From Acidobacteriota bacterium (GTDB lineage Bacteria > Acidobacteriota > UBA890 > WLXD01), in contig CBDBHB010000009.1 in NCBI GenBank assembly GCA_965205505.1, forward strand, positions 2,624,001 through 2,688,000: 64,000 bases of DNA, in the 5' to 3' direction. Made by a program: the position numbers and the translations under genes. The notes under the pieces are model-generated. The model had not been told where the DNA came from. It worked only from the letters and a program-made list of their open reading frames with translations, and ran no database searches. Position 1 is the stretch's first letter. Each line of letters starts with the position of its first letter. Positions 43,675 to 51,110 of the stretch are shown piece by piece.

Positions 43675-43854
43675 TGCTCCTGATCATAAGTACGGTGACG
43701 TTTGTGGCGGTCACCCGGAGGGCAGGAGCGATATGCGGGCGAACTCGGCGTCAGGGCTCGTCGAGGATGGCTAAGGCATCGCCTTCCTCACCCTTCCTTG
43801 ATCTCGCCCGCATCTCGCTCCTGCAAACGTCACCCTACTTTATGATCAGGAGCA
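43675..43854. mobile_element. Type-A element with the left hairpin module deleted (180 bp)
   Basis: Type-A TIRs; CTAG at 43671-74 (ptsI stop) and 43855-58; GTGGCG joined directly to GTCACCCGGAGG. Confidence 0.9.
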
Positions 43855-43858
43855 CTAG

Positions 43859-44085
43859 TAGCCTGTAACAGATGATCGTCGCATATCGTGGTGGAAGTGC
43901 GATGGGTCTGGTTACGTCGCCAAGGGCGCAGATCCAAGGCGCCGACACCGCTTCGATCCGCTTCGAGGTCACGTTCAGCGGCACGGGCACGACCCTCCCG
44001 CGCCTGGGAATGGACGTCGATTGCGGCGTAACGAGCTTCAACGCAGTGGCGCGATCGTGAGCTCGGGCAGGCCGAAACTCTGTTA
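43859..44085. mobile_element. Degenerate B/C mosaic element
   Basis: CTAG, then CCTGTAACAGATGATCGTCGCATATCGTGG (B end) runs into GTGGTGGAAGTGCGATGGGTCTGGTTACG (C end); CGAAACTCTGTTA (B end) at 44073-85. Confidence 0.6.
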
Positions 44086-44345
44086 GTGCGGCCACCTTCC
44101 AGCGCATTTTTCGGCGCTGGACCGTTCGCGAATCACTCACGGAATCGGTACAAGACCGGTACGAGCTCGAGGTGGTGGAGACGTAGAGGTTGAGCGCTCG
44201 CAGTTGGTTAGCAGACTCAGGTCTTGGATGGCACACTTGCCCGACGGTACCTACGAGTGAACAAAGCCGGGCGCGGCGACCGCTGGGCCGCCGCAAGCGT
44301 CGGATTCGTCTGACGACGGGATCCAGCCACGGCGGGGCGAAGGGA

Positions 44346-44699
44346 ATGCGCAAGGTCGACAAGCCTTGGGGTCACGAGATCATCTGGGCCGAAACAGACT
44401 GCTACGTAGGTAAGATCCTGCACATCGACGAGGGCGAGCAGCTCAGCCTCCAGTACCACGAGGTCAAGGAGGAGACGCTCTTCTGCCAGTCGGGACGGCT
44501 CGAGCTCGAGATCGGAGAGGGTGTCGGTGGCGATCTACACGCCGTGATCCTCGAGCCCGGGCAAGTGCAGCACATCCCACCGCGTACCGTTCATCGCATG
44601 CGGGCGTTGACCACCTGCGATGTCTTCGAGGTCTCCACGCCCCATCTCGATGACGTGGTCAGGCTCGAAGATCGCTACGGACGGAAAACCGGCGACTAG
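44346..44699 (+). CDS. Cupin domain protein (mannose-6-phosphate isomerase-like)
   Basis: KVDKPWGHE, LSLQYHEVKEETL, HIPPRTVHRM, EVSTPHLDDVVRLEDRYGR. Confidence 0.88.
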   Translation: MRKVDKPWGHEIIWAETDCYVGKILHIDEGEQLSLQYHEVKEETLFCQSGRLELEIGEGVGGDLHAVILEPGQVQHIPPRTVHRMRALTTCDVFEVSTPHLDDVVRLEDRYGRKTGD

Positions 44700-44970
44700 T
44701 GCTCCTGATCATAAGTACGGTGACGTTTGCAGGAGCGAGATGCGGGCGAGATCAAGGAAGAGTGAGGAAGGCGATGCCGTAGCCATCCTCGAGGAGCCCT
44801 GACGCCGAGATCGCCCGCATATCGCTCCTGCCCTCCGGGTGGCCGCGGGACCGGCCACCTTGGGCGTCGCGGCGCCTCGACGATACACCCAGCATCGCCC
44901 TCGTCGCCGCTCCTACAATTCGCCCCGCTCGCGCGCGCCACAAACGTCACCGTACTTATGATCAGGAGCA
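44700..44970. mobile_element. Intact type-A element, 271 bp
   Basis: Perfect 30-bp TIRs TGCTCCTGATCATAAGTACGGTGACGTTTG; CTAG at 44696-99 (cupin stop) and 44971-74. Confidence 0.92.
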
Positions 44971-44974
44971 CTAG

Positions 44975-45150
44975 TGCTGCACCCCACGAATCGTGGTACG
45001 CCTGCTCTGCCGTAGGGTAGCGTCGGGACGGGACGATCCCTTTGTCGGGGCTCCTCGACGATGTACCAACATCGCCTCCGTCGCCGCTCCGCGGGACTGC
45101 CCAGTTCGCCGAGAATGACGGCCGTGAGAGCCGCCACGAGGATTGCGCCG
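44975..45150. mobile_element. Degenerate element with a fourth end type (D)
   Basis: Starts CTAG-TGCTGCACCCCACGAATCGTGG; carries family core CTCCTCGACGATGTACCAACATCGCCTCCGTCG (45051-45083); right boundary uncertain. Confidence 0.55.
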
Positions 45151-45232
45151 CGCTCTTTGACTATATGTGAAGCGCTGGCCGATGCTGACCCTCCACGGTG
45201 CGCTTTCGGCGTGCAGCGTGCACAATAGGGGA

Positions 45233-46552
45233 GTGAGAACTCGTCGTGGTGCGTGTTGCCTGGTGCCGGCAGTTCTGCTGGTCGTAGCCATCCCCGCTGC
45301 CGCCCAGGCTCCCGAAAGCCAACCGTTCGTTCTGGTGGCAGAGCTCGCCGACACCATCCACGCTATTACCTCGGAATACGTCGTCGAGGCGCTCGATACG
45401 GCTACCCGACGCGGCGCCGATTTGTTCCTGCTACAGATCGACACGCCGGGTGGTCTGGATCGGTCGATGCGCGACATTATCCAAGCCTTCCGAGCTAGCC
45501 CCGTGCCCGTGTGTTTGTTCGTCGGGCCGTCGGGAGCGCGCGCCGCCTCGGCCGGCTTCTTCATGGCCATGGCGGCCGACATCGTGGTGATGGCGCCGGG
45601 TACCAACATGGGTGCGGCAAGCCCAGTGCTGGTGGGCGGCGGCGCCGACGAGACGATGCAGAAGAAGATGATCCAGGACGCGGAGGCCTACATCCGCAGC
45701 CTGGCTGAAGACCGAGGACGCCCAGTCGATCTGGCCGCCGAGGCGGTTACCGACGGACGCTCCTTCGCGGCTCAGGAGGCGCTCGATGTGGGGCTCGCTG
45801 ACTTCATCGCTGACGATATCGACGCGTTGCTAGCGATCATAGACGGCAGGCGGATCAGCAAGGGCGGCGCTGACACCGTCTTGCAGCTGGATGGCGCCCA
45901 GGTCGAGACGCTCGAGCTGTCGTTGCGGCAGCGAGTCCTTGCCGTTGTGGCCGACCCACAGGTAGCCTTCATACTCATGCTGGCCGGGCTGGCAGGGTTG
46001 TATTTCGAGTTCTCCACACCCGGCGCGGTGCTGCCGGGCGTGCTCGGCGGCATCTGCCTGGTGCTGGCGCTACAAGCGTTCCAGATACTACCGATCAGCT
46101 TTGCCGGCATGTTGCTCATCGCGCTGGCACTCCTGTTCTTCATCCTCGAGGTAAAGGTAACCTCCTACGGCTTGCTGACGGTGGCGGGAGTGGTGGCATT
46201 CGTGCTCGGCTCGTTGATGCTTTTTCCTGGACCGATTCCGGAGCTACGGTTGCAACTGGGCTTCGTTCTTCCGACGGCACTCGGCGTACTGGCGATCACC
46301 GGGTCGCTCGTTTGGCTCGTAGTGCACTCGCATCGAGCGCGCGTCCAGACTGGCCCGAGGGGTCTCGTAACCAAGATCGGACACGCGACTTCGGACCTAG
46401 AACCGGGAAGCCCGGGTTCGGCATTCGTTCACGGAGAGCTATGGCGAGCCCGGTCGGACGTGCCAGTTCGCTCCGGCGACGCAGTAGAGGTCGTGGGGGT
46501 GGAGAGTGGCATGGTCCTCCGGGTACGCCCGAGCCACACACACGAAAGGTAG
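45233..46552 (+). CDS. nfeD: NfeD family membrane-bound serine protease
   Basis: IDTPGGL, ARAASAG, MAPGTNMGAASPV, GELWRARS; paired with stomatin; start approximate. Confidence 0.92.
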   Translation: MRTRRGACCLVPAVLLVVAIPAAAQAPESQPFVLVAELADTIHAITSEYVVEALDTATRRGADLFLLQIDTPGGLDRSMRDIIQAFRASPVPVCLFVGPSGARAASAGFFMAMAADIVVMAPGTNMGAASPVLVGGGADETMQKKMIQDAEAYIRSLAEDRGRPVDLAAEAVTDGRSFAAQEALDVGLADFIADDIDALLAIIDGRRISKGGADTVLQLDGAQVETLELSLRQRVLAVVADPQVAFILMLAGLAGLYFEFSTPGAVLPGVLGGICLVLALQAFQILPISFAGMLLIALALLFFILEVKVTSYGLLTVAGVVAFVLGSLMLFPGPIPELRLQLGFVLPTALGVLAITGSLVWLVVHSHRARVQTGPRGLVTKIGHATSDLEPGSPGSAFVHGELWRARSDVPVRSGDAVEVVGVESGMVLRVRPSHTHER

Positions 46553-46559
46553 CTGACCG

Positions 46560-47354
46560 ATGGGACTACTTTCGCCCGTAACGTTCTTGTTCGTCCTGCT
46601 CGCTTTTTACCTGATCAGCTCGGTGAACATCCTCAAGGAGTACGAGCGCGCCGTTATCTTTCGGCTCGGCAGGTTGCTGCCGGAAACCAAGGGGCCGGGC
46701 ATCATATTCGTCTTCTGGCCGATTGACAAAATGGAGCGCGTGTCGCTGCGCACGATCGTTCTCGACGTGCCTCCGCAGGACGTGATCACGCGCGACAACG
46801 TCTCGGTGAAGGTAAACGCGGTGGTGTATTTCCGCGTCATGGATTCCACCCGTGCCGTGGTCGAGGTTGAGAACTATATGTACGCCACCTCGCAGCTGGC
46901 GCAGACGACGTTGCGCTCGGTGCTCGGCCAGGTCGAGCTCGACTCGCTGCTATCGGAGCGTGAGAGCCTCAACTCACAGTTGCAGTCGATCCTCGACGAC
47001 CATACTGACGCGTGGGGAATCAAGGTGTCGATGGTGGAGGTGAAACACGTCGACCTGCCGCAGGAGATGATTCGCGCCATCGCCCGCCAGGCCGAGGCGG
47101 AGCGCGAGAAGCGAGCCAAGATCATCCACGCGGAAGGGGAGGCGCAGGCGTCGGAGCGTTTGTACGCGGCAGCGAAAGTTCTGGCGCAGGAGCCCGTTGC
47201 CGTACAGCTGCGTTACTTCCAGACGTTGACCGAGGTGGCGTCCGATCGCAGTTCGACCATCGTATTCCCGCTTCCCATGGACATGATGATACGCGGACTG
47301 AGCGGTGCTGGCGGTGTGGCCAGGGCGGGCAGCAGCGATGGTGCCGACGACTGA
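46560..47354 (+). CDS. Stomatin/SPFH (slipin) family protein
   Basis: [44 protein letters not shown]. Confidence 0.95.
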   Translation: MGLLSPVTFLFVLLAFYLISSVNILKEYERAVIFRLGRLLPETKGPGIIFVFWPIDKMERVSLRTIVLDVPPQDVITRDNVSVKVNAVVYFRVMDSTRAVVEVENYMYATSQLAQTTLRSVLGQVELDSLLSERESLNSQLQSILDDHTDAWGIKVSMVEVKHVDLPQEMIRAIARQAEAEREKRAKIIHAEGEAQASERLYAAAKVLAQEPVAVQLRYFQTLTEVASDRSSTIVFPLPMDMMIRGLSGAGGVARAGSSDGADD

Positions 47355-47484
47355 GTAGTTTGGGCTCGGGTGGTGAGGACCCGCGTAGGAAGAGAATCGT
47401 TTCTTGATGCGATAGACTTTGCTGGATATTGATCACGCTAGCGCGCCGCTGTGACGGCGTGGGTCCTGCGTGCGGGGTGGGAAG

Positions 47485-48087
47485 ATGAACGGATCGGGCA
47501 AGCAGAGTTTCTACGAGATCCAACTAAGCAACAGCAGCCTGATCGTGGCCTTTCTGGTGGCGGTTGGCTTGGGCGTTGCCGTGTTCATGCTCGGGGTCAT
47601 GGTGGGGCGCGATCAGGGACCACAGCCGTTGCTTGAAGGTGGCTTGGTCGAGGCGCTCGGTGACGAGACTGGCCCCGCGCCGGCGGTCGATCCGGCTGAT
47701 ACGGATTTCCTCGGACGCATGGAAGAGTCGGCGGAAGAGACGACCGCCAACCTCGGCACAGCGGCAGCGGAGCCGGTCGCTGCAACGCGGCCGGCCGAGG
47801 CGTCGCCGTCGGCCGCTACAAACGATCTGCCGGTGGCGGACCCCTCGATCGCCAGCGGCTATGTGGTGCAGGTCAAGGCCACGAGCGATCGCGACGAGGC
47901 TGACACGCTTCAGGCAAGCCTCGCATCAGCGGGGTTTCCGGCGTTCATCGTGTCCGGCGATGTCGCCGGGACGATGATGTTCCGCGTACGCGTCGGGCGC
48001 TACCGTGAGGAATCGGCTGCCGAGCGCGTCGCGGCTGCGCTCAGCGGCCGTCGCGACATCGTCGACACCTGGATCACCCAGGGCTAG
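47485..48087 (+). CDS. SPOR domain protein (FtsN/DedD-like)
   Basis: Single TM, low-complexity linker, YVVQV.A...FRVRVG SPOR domain. Confidence 0.85.
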   Translation: MNGSGKQSFYEIQLSNSSLIVAFLVAVGLGVAVFMLGVMVGRDQGPQPLLEGGLVEALGDETGPAPAVDPADTDFLGRMEESAEETTANLGTAAAEPVAATRPAEASPSAATNDLPVADPSIASGYVVQVKATSDRDEADTLQASLASAGFPAFIVSGDVAGTMMFRVRVGRYREESAAERVAAALSGRRDIVDTWITQG

Positions 48088-48358
48088 TGTCCTGTAACAG
48101 AGGTTCGTTGCATATTGTGGCGCGCGCGACTGAGTCGAAACCAAGGAGGCTCGACGACAGCGATGCTGAGCGTATCGCAGAGGAGGGCCGACGCCGGAGG
48201 CGGCCAGTCCCGCGGCCACCCGGAGGGCTGGGTCGATATGGGGACAATCTCAGCGTTGCGATTTGTCGACGATGGGCACTGCATCGCCATCCTCATCGCG
48301 CCTTGAGCTTGCCCCCATCTCGCCGTAACCAGACCCACCACACTTTCACCACGGCCTG
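48088..48358. mobile_element. Chimeric 271-bp element (left end type B, right end type C)
   Basis: CTAG at 48084-87 (SPOR stop) and 48359-62; left end TGTCCTGTAACAGAGGTTCGTTGCATATT, right end CAGACCCACCACACTTTCACCACGGCCTG; CCGGAGG at 48220-26. Confidence 0.88.
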
Positions 48359-48371
48359 CTAGAGGGAACAC

Positions 48372-49913
48372 CTGTCGCGCTCTGGTTGGACGGCGCTTGT
48401 CAGCGGCCTCGCTCTGGCCGCGGCGTTCCCCAAGGTCGGGTGGGCTCCGCTCGCGTGGGTGGCGGTTGCGCCGCTGCTCATCGCTGTGACCGACATCTCA
48501 CCAGTGCGTGCGTGGTGGTACGGGTTCCTCTTCGGGGCGGCGTTTCGCGCCGCGACGCTGTACTGGGTGGTCTACGCGATGACGCGCTTCGGCGGCTTGT
48601 CGCTGCCGATCGCCGCCTTGGGCGCGGGTCTGTTGGTTGCCTATCTGGCCGCCTACTGGGGCCTGTTTGCACTGGTGGCGAACCGCGCCGGGATCGAGCG
48701 CCCCGAGGCGGTGCTGCTGCTGGCGGCAACGTGGACTGGTCTGGAGTACATACAATCGGTCTTGCTGAGCGGGTTCCCCTGGGCGTTACTGGGGTATGCG
48801 GGGTCCGCCTACCTGCCGGTAGCCCAGGTCGCTGACCTCGCCGGCGTATACGGGCTGTCGTTCCTAGTGATATTGGGAAACGGAGCCTTTGCGGCGGCCG
48901 CCCGCAGCAGGCCCGGCTGGCGCGCGACGGCGCTGCCTGCGGTCGTCATGCTGGCCGCCAGCATCCTCTATGGCTATGGGCGACTGTCTACAGGACCGGC
49001 GACGGACGTTGGCACGACCGTGCCAGTGGCCCTGGTACAGGGCAACGTGGCGCAGGACAGCAAGTGGGACCCGGGCCTCAGGGAGCGCACGCTGGAGCGC
49101 CATTTGCTGCTGTCTGAGCGTGGCGCTCGGAGCGGCGCCCGGTTGGTGGTGTGGCCCGAGAGCAGCTGGCCCGATCCCTACGGTGTCGAGCGCGACCCGC
49201 AGGCATCGAGGCTCTTGACGGCCGTGGCGCGGCGCACCGGAGCCGCACTAGTTGTTGGCACGGTGCACGTAGCCGACGGCGACGCCGGGTACACGGTTGC
49301 TAACGCCGCCGTAGTGGTGGACGCCGATGGCGATTGGGCCGGCCGGTACGAGAAATCGCACCTTGTCCCGTTCGGCGAGTACCTGCCTCTACAACGCTAC
49401 CTACGGTTCCTGGGGCCACTCGTGCAGTCCGTGGGCGCGATGAGGGCGGGCGATTCGTCGCAGCCGCTCCTGTCAGCGCCGGCTGCCGGGGTGCCGCCTT
49501 TCGGCCTGGCGATTTGCTACGAGATCATTTTTCCGAGCTTGGTGAGTCGGCAAGTGCGGGCCGGCGCGCAGTTCCTGATAACCATTACCAACGACGCCTG
49601 GTACGGCACCACCAGCGGCCCCTATCAGCATTTCGACATGGCTCGCCTACGCGCCATCGAGAACCGGCGCTGGTTGCTACGCGCCGCGAACACCGGCATC
49701 AGCGGTGTCGTCGACCCCTGGGGCCGCGTCTTGGAGCGCACGGAGATGGAAACGGAGGCTGTCGTCGTGAGCGAAGTGAGGGCTCGTCACGATCTGACTC
49801 CGTACGTGCGGATCGGCGACGCGTTTGCGCTCGCCTGTGCCCTGCTGGCGGCGGCGTGCGTCGCGGGCGCCGTTTGGCCGCGCCTCGGATGGATGTATCG
49901 GCCTGCGGCGTGA
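48372..49913 (+). CDS. lnt: Apolipoprotein N-acyltransferase (probable CTG start)
   Basis: GFPWALLGY, VVWPES, YEKSHLVPFGEY, ICYEI, TNDAWYG, RAANTGIS; conserved N-terminus SGLALAAAFP..WAPLAW lies upstream of GTG 48459. Confidence 0.93.
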   Translation: MSRSGWTALVSGLALAAAFPKVGWAPLAWVAVAPLLIAVTDISPVRAWWYGFLFGAAFRAATLYWVVYAMTRFGGLSLPIAALGAGLLVAYLAAYWGLFALVANRAGIERPEAVLLLAATWTGLEYIQSVLLSGFPWALLGYAGSAYLPVAQVADLAGVYGLSFLVILGNGAFAAAARSRPGWRATALPAVVMLAASILYGYGRLSTGPATDVGTTVPVALVQGNVAQDSKWDPGLRERTLERHLLLSERGARSGARLVVWPESSWPDPYGVERDPQASRLLTAVARRTGAALVVGTVHVADGDAGYTVANAAVVVDADGDWAGRYEKSHLVPFGEYLPLQRYLRFLGPLVQSVGAMRAGDSSQPLLSAPAAGVPPFGLAICYEIIFPSLVSRQVRAGAQFLITITNDAWYGTTSGPYQHFDMARLRAIENRRWLLRAANTGISGVVDPWGRVLERTEMETEAVVVSEVRARHDLTPYVRIGDAFALACALLAAACVAGAVWPRLGWMYRPAA

Positions 49914-49980
49914 TGGCCACGCCGCCGTCGGATTCACGGTACATTCGCCGGTGCGGATCGGTTTTCCAAGGGACACGAGC

Positions 49981-51094
49981 ATGATCGAAGAACCCCGTCG
50001 CGCTCTCGATGAGTTGCGCTCGCGATACCAGGCCCTTGGAGGTCATCTTTGACCCTGCTGGGACTCGAGATCGACTGAGCCAGATCGAGAAGCTGATGGT
50101 CGCGCCGGCGTTCTGGGATGACGGGGGCGACCAGAATCTGGTGCGTGAGCGCAGCGAGCTGCAGGCGCGCATTGACCTCGATGCTTCTCTGAGCGAGAAA
50201 GTCGATGAGGCAGAGGCGTTCCTCGAGCTTGCCGACGAGGGTGAGGAGGAGGCCGTAGGCGAGGCCGAGGCGGCGCTCGCCGAGCTGCGCAAACGCCTCG
50301 ACGCCTACGAGGTGCAGTTGCTCTTGGGCGATCCGGACGACGTGCGTCCGGCGCTCATCGATATCCACCCGGGAGCCGGGGGAACCGAGTCGCAAGATTG
50401 GGCCGCCATGCTGCTGCGCATGCTGCAGCGTTGGGCGGAGGCCGGCGGCTACAAAGTCGAGATGATCGATGAGCAGCCCGGTGAAGAAGCCGGTCTGAAG
50501 AGCGCAACGCTACGCATCGAGGGGCCCTACGCGTTCGGATACCTCAAAGGAGAAACTGGTGTGCACCGTCTGGTGCGGATATCGCCGTACGATGCTGCGA
50601 GCCGGCGGCACACTTCGTTCGCCTCGGTTGCCGTTGCTCCGGAGATCGACGATGACATCGAGATCGAGCTCGACGACAAGGACCTTCGCGTGGATACCTA
50701 TCGTGCCAGTGGAGCGGGCGGTCAGCATGTCAACGTGACCGACTCGGCCGTTCGCGTTACCCATGTACCGACCGGAATCGTCGCCCAGAGCCAGGCGGAG
50801 CGCTCGCAGCACCGCAACAAGGCGACGGCGCTGAAGGTCTTGCGGGCGCGCCTGTACGAGCGCGAGCGTCAGCTACGCGAGGCGGAGATCGCCGAGAAAC
50901 AGGGCGAGAAGATGGAGATCGGCTTCGGGTCGCAGATCCGCTCCTATGTGTTGCACCCCTATCAAATGGCCAAGGACCACCGCACCGACGTCGAGAAGGG
51001 CAATGTGGATGCGGTTCTCGATGGCGACCTACAGCCGTTCATGGACGGCTTCCTGAAATGGCGCGCCGGGGCGGGCAGCGATACCGACTCGTAG
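49981..51094 (+). CDS. prfB: Peptide chain release factor 2, programmed +1 frameshift (join 49981-50049, 50051-51094)
   Basis: GGAGGTCAT-CTT-TGA-C at 50038-50053; GGTESQDWA, RISPY, GAGGQHVN, QIRSYV. Confidence 0.96.
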
Positions 51095-51110
51095 GAGAGG
51101 CCCTGGTCAG

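Noticed and set aside
44700-44970. Two-loop architecture as an IS110 bridge RNA
   Set aside because: I see no complementarity between the internal loops and flanking target or end sequences, and no IS110 recombinase is in the window. The resemblance is only superficial.
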